A DNA stretch of 64,000 nucleotides from Microgenomates group bacterium (GCA_041659805.1 JBAZXP010000001.1:800141-864140), one strand, 5' to 3'; positions 1-10,085 are shown, counted from the first letter of the stretch. The notes: generated from the letters alone by a model not told the origin. Numbers and translations are program-made.

Positions 1-2
1 AA

Positions 3-1346
3 AAAGAAGCGGAACGTTATTGTCTGCTGATAGATAAAATATTTAAAGAGGAAGGAAAATCAGCAAAAAACATAGCTGGAAGACCAGTACTTATAAAGCT
101 TCTAGAGTACTGTCGTAAAAACAAAACCAAGATTAAAGCTGTTATTGTTTATCGATTAGACCGGGTATCAAGGGATACTGCCGATTATTTAGCAGTACGC
201 AAAAAACTTAGCGACTGGGGCATTACTATTATCTCTGCTACCGAGCCAACAGGTGACGGCCCGACTGAAAAACTAGTTGAAACTATATTGGCTGGATTTG
301 CCCAACTGGATAACGATATCAGAAGTGAAAGAGCAAAAAACGGAATGCACGCCCGTTTTGAATCAGGACTAATTAGCTCAGCTCCTCCTTTCGGGTATAT
401 AAAGGTTAATGGATTTGTTATGAGGGACGAAGCATCTTTTGACAAAATCAAAAAAGCTTGGGAACTAATGGCAACAGGAACAAAAAGCACTCGAGAGATG
501 GCAGAGATTATGAATAAATGGGGATTTAAAAGAGCTAAAGACGGCAAAAAGTTTAAAATCTCCTACAAATTCGTCCTTAGGATCTTCAGATCTAAATTCT
601 ATTCCGGAATTCTTTATTCACCAACATATAAAGAAGAGGCACAAGGCCAACATATTCCAATGATAACTATGGAAACTTTCTTAAAGGTACAGGAAATAAT
701 TGATGGAAGAAGCCATACAAAAATTAATTTAAAAAGGGATGTTTACCGTGAAGATTTCCCGTTAAGGAGATTCATCAGATGCAGTAAGTGTAACTATAAT
801 TTTACAGCGAGTTGGAGTACAGGTCGTCTTGGCGGTAGATATGCCTATTACCATTGTATAAACAAATGCCAGGGCTCATATATTCAAAGATCCATTTTTC
901 ATGATGCCTTTGCGCAACTATTAAAAACAGTCGATGTAAATAAATTAAGATCACTCACATTAATACTTGTAAATAAGCTACACCAATACCGTCTTGTTAG
1001 GTTTAAACAACGGGAAAGAATAACAGCAAGTCAAATTCAGAAGCTAAATGGCCAAAAACAATCAATGATTGAGAAAAATCTTGCTGGTGTTTTTCCGGAC
1101 GATGTTTTTAAGGAACAGTATCCATTGATAGAAAAACAGTTGCAGAATCTTGCAATACTGAATAATTCATTGCCTTTTGATCAGTATAATCTAGAAAGTG
1201 TGCGTCAACATGTTTTGAAAAACCTGGATGATTTACCAAAAGCCTTTGAGCAATGCGATATCAAACAAAAAAGAACATTTATTGGATTATTATTTCCACA
1301 AGGCTTAGTTTGGAATTATCCAGGGTTAACAATAAAGCGAACTTAA
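3..1346 (+). CDS. Large serine recombinase, 5'-truncated by the window edge. Resolvase catalytic domain continues into the recombinase domain and a C-terminal zinc ribbon.
   Basis: The frame is open from position 3. The ORF track's first residue at 288 is a TTG, not the true start. Translation includes VYRLDRVSRD (resolvase DRxSR-type motif) and a Zn ribbon CSKCNYNF...YYHC. It is a paralog of the recombinase at 16824..18548. Confidence 0.8.
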   Translation, partial: KEAERYCLLIDKIFKEEGKSAKNIAGRPVLIKLLEYCRKNKTKIKAVIVYRLDRVSRDTADYLAVRKKLSDWGITIISATEPTGDGPTEKLVETILAGFAQLDNDIRSERAKNGMHARFESGLISSAPPFGYIKVNGFVMRDEASFDKIKKAWELMATGTKSTREMAEIMNKWGFKRAKDGKKFKISYKFVLRIFRSKFYSGILYSPTYKEEAQGQHIPMITMETFLKVQEIIDGRSHTKINLKRDVYREDFPLRRFIRCSKCNYNFTASWSTGRLGGRYAYYHCINKCQGSYIQRSIFHDAFAQLLKTVDVNKLRSLTLILVNKLHQYRLVRFKQRERITASQIQKLNGQKQSMIEKNLAGVFPDDVFKEQYPLIEKQLQNLAILNNSLPFDQYNLESVRQHVLKNLDDLPKAFEQCDIKQKRTFIGLLFPQGLVWNYPGLTIKRT

Positions 1347-1370
1347 AGGGTTTAGTTATTCTCCCAATAA

Positions 1371-4300
1371 TTGCTCGGCTATCTTATAGCCCTAAATTTT
1401 GCTAAAATTTTATATATAACAATGACAGATCAAAAAAGTGAGACTTCATCCAATGAGAATAATGAGTTTGATATATCGAGAATTATTACTCAAGTAAAAA
1501 TATGGGGTGAGCGTCTTTTGGATTTAACAAAGGGAAATCCTTTATTGGGAATTAATCGATCAAGGGTGAGTAAGCTTCTGATTAAAACTCCTGATGCAAT
1601 ATCATTATTTAAAATGTTGGTCGTTGATGAAGTGGCGATTAAAATGCCATTGGTATTAATAAAGAAAAAAAAGGAGAAACAGGATGAGAAACAAACAAAA
1701 ATTGAAGAGATAGAAGACTCAGAAATTGAACCAGATTGTGTAGTGCATCCTGGGGATGTTGATTTTGACGCAGAGCCAAAAATTTTACATAGATTACTTA
1801 AAAGAATATACGATAATGGGCGATCAACTGTTGAAGAACGTGGCGTTACTACTCTACATTTAACTTTTGGAGTTTTGAACTGGAAAGATCCTATCTTAGG
1901 AGAATCCTCTTCCCCTTTATTATTAGTTCCATGTCAACTGGAGAACTACGGTCCAAATTCACATATGCGACTCAAGATGCTTGATGAAGAACTTCAGGTA
2001 AATCCTGCATTGGAATTTTATCTTAGAAAAAAACATCATATAGATTTGCCCGCGTTTTCTGAAGAACCAACTATTGAATCCCTAAAATTATTTCTATCAC
2101 AAGTACAGGATCGTATTAAAGAACAGCGTTGGGATATTGATAGTACTTCTTGGCTTAGTACATTCACATTTGAATCGCTGGTAATGTACAAAGATTTACA
2201 AACAATGGTAGAGATTGCACAAGTAAATCCTCTTATTGCAGCTCTAGCTAACGCACGTAAGATATCTGAGGGATCAGAAGTTTTGGGAGACGAATTGGAT
2301 AATTTAGATGTACCTAAAATAGTACCAATTCCAGTTATGACTGCTGATGCCAGTCAATTAGAAGCATTAACTATTGCTCAAACTGGTAAACATCTCGTGA
2401 TTAAGGGTCCGCCCGGAACAGGTAAAAGCCAAACAATCACAAATCTTATTGCAGAGGCTATTGGGAACGGTAAAAAGGTGCTCTTTGTTAGTGCCAAGAT
2501 GGCTGCGCTAAATGTAGTTCACGACAGACTTTCAAAGTTAGGTTTAGGAAGATTTTGTCTTGAAGCACACAGTACAAAAGCAGGAAAATTAAAAATTATA
2601 GAAGAACTCAAACGCACCCTAGAGACACCTCTTAGTGGTAATGGCGCATTACTTGAAGAACAACTCGAAGAGTTAAAAAAAATTAAAGCAAACCTTAATA
2701 GCTATGTAAAAGAGATGCATCTGCAAAAAGAGCCTTTAGGAAAAACAATTTTTCAGGCTATTGGTAAATTAGAGAAGCTGAATAATTTTGTATCACTAGA
2801 TTTTGACTTACCATGGTCTGACGTCACAGATGTAAGCAGAGAACAGCTAGGAGAAAGGCTTGAAGCTCTTGAGAATATTGCAGTTCAATCGAATATTTTT
2901 GACAAAAAGAATATTCATCCATGGCGAGGATTTATAGCGGACTCAGAGCAACCAATCTCCTCAGATGTAATTAAAAAAAACTTGCAAATAATTATAGATG
3001 GTGTTGATGATCTTAAGACTTCGCTGGAAAAACTAAATGATCTCTTAGTTCCTGTCGAGCCTGGATTTAAATTAAGAGAACTAAAAAAATTATTACAACC
3101 GTTGAATTCATTAGCCATAACCGATGAATTACCAAAGGGATGGATATCTAAAACAGAGGAGGAATTGAAAGACTTAGAAAATTTATTTGAGACAGCAGTA
3201 ACTAAATCAGAAGAATATCAAGATCTCATAAAGACATTTAAGGTAATTACATCTCTTTCTCCACGAGAATTGTTGGACTTATTGCGGCCGATTAATGAAC
3301 AATTTTCCTCATGGGCTCGAGTTGTTAACCCTAATTTTTGGAAATGGAAATCTTCTATAAGATCACAATTTACACTAAATGCTAATACCTCATATTCTTC
3401 ACTGTGTTCATATTTTGACATGGCCACAACCTTGGAAAAAATAGACATTTGGTTTAACTCAAATAGCAAAATACTTACAAAGTATGTAAGTAATCCCAAT
3501 GTTAATTCGAAATTATTAAGAGATAGAATTATTCATTTCAAAACAGCACATGAATTACAAATAGCGATTTCACAAAATATTCTTAAAAAACCAAAAAAGG
3601 AAATTTTAGATATTACTTCTCAATATCATAAAAGTATTTCAAAAATAATAGAAATTGTTGAAAACAAGGATTTTGAAAGCTCTGTCACAGCAATTGAATC
3701 TAGTTGGCCAGATGGATTTATTAATATGGAAAATATCGAAAATTCAACTTTGTCTTCTATTCAAGATAGAGTTAAAGAAGTTTTAGTATCTATACAGAAA
3801 ATGCACGAATGGATTGTTTTACAATCGTTAATTTCAAAGTGCGAAAATTTAAATCTGTCAAATTTTTTGTTGAGTTTAAAAAAAGTCGGAGCGAAAAATG
3901 CGTCTGAAGTTTTTGAAAAAAGATTTTATTCGCAGTGGATTGAAGCCTCCCTCAACTCCAATCCTAGCTTACTAGGATTTACAGGTTCTCTTCGGGAAGG
4001 GAAAATTAGCCAATTCAAAGATTTAGATAGAAAATTGCAGATTTCTATGCTAAAACGCATTCAATATAACGCATCTGAACCTGCAAGAAGCGTGATAGGA
4101 GCACAGAATAACTTTGGCAGTGGAGGAGAAGTTGGAATTTTGCGTAAAGAATTACAGAAAAGAAAGCGTATAAAACCATTGCGTAGATTATTTAATGAAA
4201 TCCCACATGTATTACAGGCTCTCAAACCTTGTATGTTAATGAGCCCTGTTTCCGTTTCTACTTTTCTAAAACCCGGTAGTGTTAATTTTGATCTTGTTGT

Positions 4301-6188
4301 ATTTGATGAAGCATCTCAACTACCAACTCCAGAGGCAATTCCATCTATTTTGCGCGGAAAGCAAATAATTGTAGCAGGCGATGAGAATCAATTACCGCCA
4401 ACATCTTTCTTTTCGGCATCAACTATATTTGAAGAAGAAAATGAATTAGATCCGTCTGAAGAATTTGAGCCACTAGAATCTTTGCTAGATAATTGTATGG
4501 CAATTGAGCCAGTATTTCAGGAAAGCAAAATAGTCTGGCATTACAGAAGTAAGGACGAGCGCTTAATTCAATTTTCTAATCGATTTTTTTATAATAATTC
4601 TCTTATTACATTTCCTGCTTCAACCACGAGCAATGAAGGTAGAGGCGTACATTTAGTTTACACGGAAAAAGGGACTTGGGATCGAGGACGAAGTAGGACT
4701 AATAGAATTGAAGCAAAACGAGTAGCAGAAGTTGTGGTAGAGCAATTTAAGAAGTATCCTGATCGTTCTTTAGGTGTTGCATCTATGAACGCTAGCCAGA
4801 AAGAGGCTATCGAGGATGCCCTTGATGAATTAATGGTTAACAAGCCCGAGCTACAAGCCCTTCTGGATACAAATCGGCCAGAACCATTCTTTGTTAAATC
4901 ATTAGAAAATGTCCAAGGTGACGAAAGAGATACAATCATTATTTGTGTGGGTTACGCTAAAACCCCAACAGGAGCTCTAAGTCTTAATTTTGGTCCATTA
5001 AATAGTGAGGGTGGGTGGCGCAGATTAAATGTGCTAGTTACAAGAGCTAAGTGGCAAACGATTTTAGTTACAAGTTTACGCAGCCATGAACTAAGCGCAA
5101 TTAACCCACTAAACAAAGGTGCCATCATGCTTCGAAACTATATTCAATATGTCGAACAAGATGGAAAACTTCCTCCTGATCCAGTAACAACAACTAGCGA
5201 TGAAACTAATGATTTTGAAGACTCTATAGCAACCGCTCTTCGAGATCGAGGTCTTATTGTTGACGAGCAAGTAGGTGCTAGTGAATATCGCATTGACCTT
5301 GCAATTCGAGATCCTAGAGATAAAAATAGATATATTATGGCCGTTGAATGTGATGGTGCTACTTATCATCATACAAAAACAGCACGTGACCGAGATATGT
5401 TGCGCGAGGAAGTGTTGCGATCTCAAGGTTGGAAAATATATCGTGTATGGTCTACAGATTGGTTCAGGGATCGTGAAGATGCACTTAAAGGGATACTTTC
5501 AGGATTAGAAGCAGCAAAGAGAGCACCTGCAAAGGACTCTGTGCAGGCTAAGCCAATTATTCAAGTCACAAGTAATATAGAGCATTCATACGATGATTTG
5601 ATCAAGGAAAAAGATTCGGCGAATCACAAAAGAAAGTACAAGCAAGGTATTCCTTACCGAAAGTATTTGTTAAATAATAAAAGGAAGTTTTCAAAAGAAT
5701 TATTAAACAAAAATGGAACTGTTCAACTGTCAGCAGTTATCACCAGTATTGTTAAATACGAATCACCGATACACGCAGATGTAATCATCGAAAGATTAAA
5801 AGAAATATATGGAGTAAGTCGGGCTGGGGCGAATATACAAAAAAATGTAACCTATGCAATAGAGAGATCTACACACTGGTCAGATTTGATAAATCGATCA
5901 GGATTTATATATAAAAACGAAGATGACAATAACGAATTTAGAGTTCCCGCACAAGGAGTGGTAAGAGGCCTAAATCAAATTGCACCAGAAGAAATTGAGA
6001 ATGCAATACTTTATCTAGTTGAAGATCAGTTTGGCTTTGCACGAGAACATATTTCCAAAGCAATTTTAGAAGTTTTCGGCATTGGTAATAATCGCGCGGA
6101 GCCTATTGAAATTATAGAGTCAGCGATTAATCGACTACTTAGTAAGAAAAAATTAAATTTGAATGGCCACACCTTATATCTTAGCTAA
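1371..6188 (+). CDS. Large multidomain helicase-nuclease: DUF4011-like N-terminus, Upf1-like SF1 helicase core (AAA_11/AAA_12), DUF559 (Vsr/REase-like) endonuclease domain and a DUF3320-like C-terminus. The likely true start is the ATG at 1422 (MTDQKSE...).
   Basis: Walker A GPPGTGKSQTITNL. Motif II VVFDEASQLP plus AGDENQLPPT. Motif VI NVLVTRAKWQTILV. N-terminal LHLTFGVLNWKD...LLLVPCQLE is DUF4011-like. YRIDLAIRDP...AVECDGATYHH...RDR..L...GW.IYRVWSTDWF is DUF559-like. VITSIVKYESPIHADVIIERL is DUF3320-like. Confidence 0.85.
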   Translation: MLGYLIALNFAKILYITMTDQKSETSSNENNEFDISRIITQVKIWGERLLDLTKGNPLLGINRSRVSKLLIKTPDAISLFKMLVVDEVAIKMPLVLIKKKKEKQDEKQTKIEEIEDSEIEPDCVVHPGDVDFDAEPKILHRLLKRIYDNGRSTVEERGVTTLHLTFGVLNWKDPILGESSSPLLLVPCQLENYGPNSHMRLKMLDEELQVNPALEFYLRKKHHIDLPAFSEEPTIESLKLFLSQVQDRIKEQRWDIDSTSWLSTFTFESLVMYKDLQTMVEIAQVNPLIAALANARKISEGSEVLGDELDNLDVPKIVPIPVMTADASQLEALTIAQTGKHLVIKGPPGTGKSQTITNLIAEAIGNGKKVLFVSAKMAALNVVHDRLSKLGLGRFCLEAHSTKAGKLKIIEELKRTLETPLSGNGALLEEQLEELKKIKANLNSYVKEMHLQKEPLGKTIFQAIGKLEKLNNFVSLDFDLPWSDVTDVSREQLGERLEALENIAVQSNIFDKKNIHPWRGFIADSEQPISSDVIKKNLQIIIDGVDDLKTSLEKLNDLLVPVEPGFKLRELKKLLQPLNSLAITDELPKGWISKTEEELKDLENLFETAVTKSEEYQDLIKTFKVITSLSPRELLDLLRPINEQFSSWARVVNPNFWKWKSSIRSQFTLNANTSYSSLCSYFDMATTLEKIDIWFNSNSKILTKYVSNPNVNSKLLRDRIIHFKTAHELQIAISQNILKKPKKEILDITSQYHKSISKIIEIVENKDFESSVTAIESSWPDGFINMENIENSTLSSIQDRVKEVLVSIQKMHEWIVLQSLISKCENLNLSNFLLSLKKVGAKNASEVFEKRFYSQWIEASLNSNPSLLGFTGSLREGKISQFKDLDRKLQISMLKRIQYNASEPARSVIGAQNNFGSGGEVGILRKELQKRKRIKPLRRLFNEIPHVLQALKPCMLMSPVSVSTFLKPGSVNFDLVVFDEASQLPTPEAIPSILRGKQIIVAGDENQLPPTSFFSASTIFEEENELDPSEEFEPLESLLDNCMAIEPVFQESKIVWHYRSKDERLIQFSNRFFYNNSLITFPASTTSNEGRGVHLVYTEKGTWDRGRSRTNRIEAKRVAEVVVEQFKKYPDRSLGVASMNASQKEAIEDALDELMVNKPELQALLDTNRPEPFFVKSLENVQGDERDTIIICVGYAKTPTGALSLNFGPLNSEGGWRRLNVLVTRAKWQTILVTSLRSHELSAINPLNKGAIMLRNYIQYVEQDGKLPPDPVTTTSDETNDFEDSIATALRDRGLIVDEQVGASEYRIDLAIRDPRDKNRYIMAVECDGATYHHTKTARDRDMLREEVLRSQGWKIYRVWSTDWFRDREDALKGILSGLEAAKRAPAKDSVQAKPIIQVTSNIEHSYDDLIKEKDSANHKRKYKQGIPYRKYLLNNKRKFSKELLNKNGTVQLSAVITSIVKYESPIHADVIIERLKEIYGVSRAGANIQKNVTYAIERSTHWSDLINRSGFIYKNEDDNNEFRVPAQGVVRGLNQIAPEEIENAILYLVEDQFGFAREHISKAILEVFGIGNNRAEPIEIIESAINRLLSKKKLNLNGHTLYLS

Positions 6189-6225
6189 ACTAAATCAAGC
6201 AAATTTAAATATATAGCGACTTCTT

Positions 6226-7725
6226 TTAAATGATAACTGGGGCATATAATTCTTTCCAGATAGCATACATTGCATATGCATCTAGACCACAGTATTTTTT
6301 TAAGTCTGTAATAATTTTTTCTTTTTCTAGCTGATCTATTTTTTCAGAATACAATCTATTCCAAATTTCTGCAGCGCTTCCCCCATCTTGTATTTCCAGC
6401 TCTTTATAGCTAAGACTAGGTACCATTACTGGTAATACTTTTTTAATTGAAGTACTACCTTTAAAATCCTTATGCACATAATATTGTTTTTTGAATATAT
6501 CCATTAAGTCATATACTCGTATATTCAAAGAATCTATGAATTCTTTAACCTCAGGAATTCTCAAAGCTATTTCACTATTTCTTCCGCACTCAAAAACTTT
6601 ATTCCAAACAATAACACTACCTGAATCTTGTATGTTTTTTTGTAGCGAATCAACAAAATACCTACTTGGATCATCGAGATCCGAATGAAGAAATTCTAAT
6701 AATTTTGGTTCTTCATCTGCAGACTCAAGAACATAAAGCGAATATTGAAAAGGAATATGCTGATAGGGAGAAAATCCATCAAAACGGGGTATAGCACAAG
6801 GAAGTGTTTCGTAATCGATGAAATATAGAGGAAATTTTAAATTTTGTAGTTCTTTTAAAATTGTATCTTTGTTAATAAGTGGAGCATTGGATTTGTATGC
6901 ATCAATTTGATTTTGTTGAATATCAGAGAGTTTAATATGTGGTGGAATTTGGTGAATTTCAAAAATGTTACCATCAACTAAGTCCTGTAGTTTTTGCCTG
7001 CTTAAGCCTATACGAGAGATGTCGTGAATACCATATTCCGGTATATCAGGATTTATTATAGAAAAACAAGTGCAGTGATTAGATCTTCCTTTATATACAC
7101 ATGTACAAAAACCAACTGGAAGAGATTCTTGGGAGAGGTATGTAATGCCACTATCCATTTCAATTGAGACCTCTTCACAAAGACTTTCGATTTTTTCAGT
7201 AATATCTTCAATTTGAAAGAGTCCTATTATATTCAATTCTCCCGATCGAATATATTCCTTATTAAGATGGATAAGACAAATCTTTTCTACAGTTAGCCCT
7301 GACTTGCGAAGTAAATTCACTTGAAATGCTAAATCATAGTAATGAATCTTTTCGTCAATTTCATTTGTAGATTTTACTTCATATACTGTATAGCCGTTTG
7401 TTTCGGAATTAAGCTCCAGAATATCAATAGCTGCAAAGAAGTAATCTTTTTCAAACGCCGCTTGAAAGATAATAGGTGTCTTATCTTCAATATATTTTAA
7501 TGTCAGTAATTGCTCTGCACGATCCCTACCTTCTACTAAAACCCCTGCTGGAAAAAGTTTACGAGCCGCTAATTCAACTTCATTCCCTGCTTGTATAATC
7601 ATTCTTTCGAATGCAGATAATTCATGTTGGTAGTAAATCTTGGGTTCATGTATCTTGTACCAAGCATTCTTTTTACAAGCTCTATATAATATATAATCTG
7701 TTTTAGATAACGTGATTGAATTCAT
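6226..7725 (-). CDS. Cas4-like PD-(D/E)xK nuclease domain protein with a cysteine cluster and a ~270-aa C-terminal domain of unknown function (architecture resembles DUF2779-type proteins)
   Basis: N-terminal YRACKKNAWYKIHEP. AIDILE...YTVYEVKSTNE supplies the D...ExK motifs. CTCVYKGRSNHCTCF is a cysteine cluster. The gene is convergent with the helicase gene and tandem with a second Cas4-like gene. Confidence 0.6.
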   Translation of the reverse strand: MNSITLSKTDYILYRACKKNAWYKIHEPKIYYQHELSAFERMIIQAGNEVELAARKLFPAGVLVEGRDRAEQLLTLKYIEDKTPIIFQAAFEKDYFFAAIDILELNSETNGYTVYEVKSTNEIDEKIHYYDLAFQVNLLRKSGLTVEKICLIHLNKEYIRSGELNIIGLFQIEDITEKIESLCEEVSIEMDSGITYLSQESLPVGFCTCVYKGRSNHCTCFSIINPDIPEYGIHDISRIGLSRQKLQDLVDGNIFEIHQIPPHIKLSDIQQNQIDAYKSNAPLINKDTILKELQNLKFPLYFIDYETLPCAIPRFDGFSPYQHIPFQYSLYVLESADEEPKLLEFLHSDLDDPSRYFVDSLQKNIQDSGSVIVWNKVFECGRNSEIALRIPEVKEFIDSLNIRVYDLMDIFKKQYYVHKDFKGSTSIKKVLPVMVPSLSYKELEIQDGGSAAEIWNRLYSEKIDQLEKEKIITDLKKYCGLDAYAMYAIWKELYAPVII

Positions 7726-7736
7726 AACTTACTTCC

Positions 7737-8576
7737 TTAAATTATGTATACATCCTGATAACCACCCGCAGTACCTACATATTCAGCATCCCCATTTATT
7801 ATCGCTATGTAAGGTTTACATGCATAACATCCATTTTTAGGACAATTAAATTCGCCAATCGCTTTTGCTTTTTTAATTCTACGTCCAAACTCAATAAGGC
7901 TCTTTTTTGATTCATCCAAATCAGGTAATTCCATTTGTTTAAGCTCATCCTTACTCTCAAGATACCAATAACTAATCTTATGAATATTTCTTTTTTGAAG
8001 ATTTTGCACAAGTAAACAATAAATAGCTAACTGTAACGAACTTGGATCTTCTTCGTATTTACCAGTCTTAAAATCGATAATATGCACACTGTTTGTTTCT
8101 GGAACATATTCCATCCAGTCAATTTTCCCGCTTAAAATAATATTGTCTTCTATCGAGAGCTGAAAATGTGGTAAAGGGAAAGAAGGATCAGGTATATGTA
8201 AAGTAAGCGCCTTATTGGCTATTGGCCCTGGATGATCAATGACATGCTGTATCATTAATCGTCCTCGCTCTTTATACACATTTTCTTCATCTTGGGACTT
8301 GAATCCTCCCCGTTTGCCAGAAATTTCTTTCCAAACCTCATCATACCTATCTAAAAGCGAAACTTTTAGTCTATCCTCGGCTTTCAAGGTAGATAAGGCC
8401 TCTAATACAGAATGAACTGATTGACCAAGTGCCATTGGAGGATTGATGAGTGCAATTTTATGTCTTGTATTTGGATCTTTATAAACATTGTGAAAATAAT
8501 AAGCTTTAGGGCACTTTATAAAATCACTTATCGAAGAATGCGATACCCAAGTTGCTGAATAGCTATCATTTTTCAT
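7737..8576 (-). CDS. Cas4/RecB-family PD-(D/E)xK nuclease with a 4-Cys Fe-S-type motif
   Basis: N-terminal Cys in ISDFIKCPKAYYF. Motif II GKIDWMEY. Motif III HIIDFKTGK (DYKTG-like). QhxxY motif QLAIYCLL. C-terminal CPKNGCYACKPY. Confidence 0.75.
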   Translation of the reverse strand: MKNDSYSATWVSHSSISDFIKCPKAYYFHNVYKDPNTRHKIALINPPMALGQSVHSVLEALSTLKAEDRLKVSLLDRYDEVWKEISGKRGGFKSQDEENVYKERGRLMIQHVIDHPGPIANKALTLHIPDPSFPLPHFQLSIEDNIILSGKIDWMEYVPETNSVHIIDFKTGKYEEDPSSLQLAIYCLLVQNLQKRNIHKISYWYLESKDELKQMELPDLDESKKSLIEFGRRIKKAKAIGEFNCPKNGCYACKPYIAIINGDAEYVGTAGGYQDVYII

Positions 8577-8670
8577 TATAATCGGAAAGTTTATTAGTAT
8601 TATACATCTTCAAGGGTTATATATTTCAAATATTTTTATACTTTTTTGATACAATTATTAAATAATCCCT

Positions 8671-9390
8671 ATGGGTATTTTTAGTAAATTATTTCGATCT
8701 ACTTCACAACATAAACCTCATAACACAATAATGAAAGAACAGAACTTGAAGGGTGGAAATAATAATTTATGTCCATACTGTGGTGCTATTTTTGAGAAAC
8801 TACCAAAAAGAAAAACTAAATGTCCAAAATGTGAGGGTGAGTGTTTCGTTCGTACAACACAAACAATATTTCCCTCGACCCTTTTAACGAAAGAGGATGC
8901 TCTAGCAGCAGACTTTTTCAAAGAACTAGAGTACCTTGGGGCTACTACTAAAGACTATACCAAAATTGAAGCTGAATTATCAAAGAGATGGGACACTAAA
9001 GCCAAATCTTATGATGTTGTCTGGGGCATCTCAAACTGGCTTATTACTCAACTTTCTGGAAATGAATCGACCATGTTACACAACGCTAAAATGATTACCT
9101 TCGGACAAGCTTTGTATCAAGCCAATAGAGGTAAGAATCCAAATTCCTATTTAGGCACAGTGCATGATTACGAAATTCAAATAGCTAAGAGGAGTGGTCT
9201 ACCCCTGTCTCATTTTGTAATTGAGGCAGATTCATGTTGTAAAGAATGTAGTAAATATCAGGGTAAAAAATATACTGCCGAAGAATTAAAAAAAGATCCA
9301 ATCCTTCCCATAAAGGAATGTACGAATAAACTTAACTCAACAGATAAATTTGCATGGTGTACCTGTATTTATAGCCCTCATTATCTCTAG
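8671..9390 (+). CDS. Hypothetical protein with an N-terminal zinc ribbon
   Basis: CPYCGAIFEKLPKRKTKCPKCEG near the N-terminus, and C-terminal CCKEC...C...C cysteines. No recognizable catalytic domain. The promoter region is divergent with the Cas4-like gene. Confidence 0.5.
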   Translation: MGIFSKLFRSTSQHKPHNTIMKEQNLKGGNNNLCPYCGAIFEKLPKRKTKCPKCEGECFVRTTQTIFPSTLLTKEDALAADFFKELEYLGATTKDYTKIEAELSKRWDTKAKSYDVVWGISNWLITQLSGNESTMLHNAKMITFGQALYQANRGKNPNSYLGTVHDYEIQIAKRSGLPLSHFVIEADSCCKECSKYQGKKYTAEELKKDPILPIKECTNKLNSTDKFAWCTCIYSPHYL

Positions 9391-9574
9391 AAGATACCCA
9401 TCACATTTCACTCTTAGGGGTTGCACCCCTCGTATTGCAAGGGTAAAGTGCACTCCTATTCAGTCGCCCTTGCAATCCTCACCCCGCTTAGAAAACTTCC
9501 AGTATTGGAAGCAGGCAGGCTGCTTCCAGAAAAAATATTTTCTAGAAAAAGCTGGGGAGGAGGTGAAAATAACA
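9391..9574. other. Structured non-coding intergenic region with at least four stable hairpins. Candidate sRNA, oriT, or recombination site.
   Basis: AGGGGT-tgc-ACCCCT (6 bp). ATTGCAAGGG-23nt-CCCTTGCAAT (10 bp). CTTCCA-gtat-TGGAAG (6 bp). CTGGAAGCAG-gcagg-CTGCTTCCAG (10 bp, perfect). Palindrome GAAAATATTTTC. A GGAGG RBS for the next gene follows. Confidence 0.4.
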
Positions 9575-9981
9575 TGAGTGCATTTTTAGTAGAAGACATA
9601 ACAATTAATAACGTAGTTAATTGGCTAGTTAGAGAATTACCTAACAACTATTACCTTACAGAAGAATTAAAAAAGTTGGGGTATAACACTGAAGATATGG
9701 GTAAATTAGCAAAAGATATGTTTCGGTTAAACCTCGCGTCTTTAAAACAAAGATATGGATCGGTAAAAGGAGCTAGAGAATTATTTTTTAGATATAAGCT
9801 CACACAACCTGTAGCCAAAATTCAGGTATTAAAATCATTGCAATGCTGGTTATATCAATGTGCAGAGGGTAATGTTGTCAGGAAAAAGCTCTATCGGTTC
9901 TTTGATGAAGTAGTGAAGGTTTATTTAATGAGTCATATTATTTATGACCTTCCAGAATATGACGAAGCCCTATGGGGTTAG
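9575..9981 (+). CDS. Hypothetical protein (135 aa)
   Basis: ATG preceded by GGGGAGGAGGTG, an SD-like sequence. The upstream part of the tracked ORF 9421..9981 overlaps the hairpin region and is unlikely to be coding. Confidence 0.5.
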
Positions 9982-9995
9982 TTCTATAAACCTAC

Positions 9996-10036
9996 CGTTT
10001 GTTTAACATGCAAGCGGTAGGTTTTATTCTACAACT
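9996..10036 (+). terminator. Rho-independent terminator-like hairpin followed by a T tract
   Basis: ACCTACCG...CGGTAGGT stem (8 bp) followed by TTTTATTC, immediately after the 9575..9981 stop codon. The loop is long (17 nt). Confidence 0.35.
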
Positions 10037-10085
10037 TGCCAGATATTTGTTTTGTCTTTTGTAAACCGGAACTGTCTTGTACAGG
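10022..10085 (-). pseudogene. C-terminal fragment (about 19 codons plus stop) of a paralog of the Replication-relaxation-like gene at 12673..13452
   Basis: The minus-strand translation ...QFRFTKDKTNIWQVVE* matches the C-terminus ...AIRFTKDKTSIWQKVE* of the 12673..13452 protein. The segment is about 58 bp at roughly 85% nucleotide identity to 12676..12733. Confidence 0.6.

Noticed and set aside
185-547. 120-aa minus-strand ORF
   Set aside because: It lies entirely inside the well-supported serine recombinase frame on the plus strand and has no motifs.
9350-9647. Short ORFs 9350..9577 (+), 9456..9647 (-) and the upstream part of 9421..9981
   Set aside because: They lie across the hairpin-rich intergenic region. 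The real downstream gene starts at ATG 9575 with a GGAGG SD.
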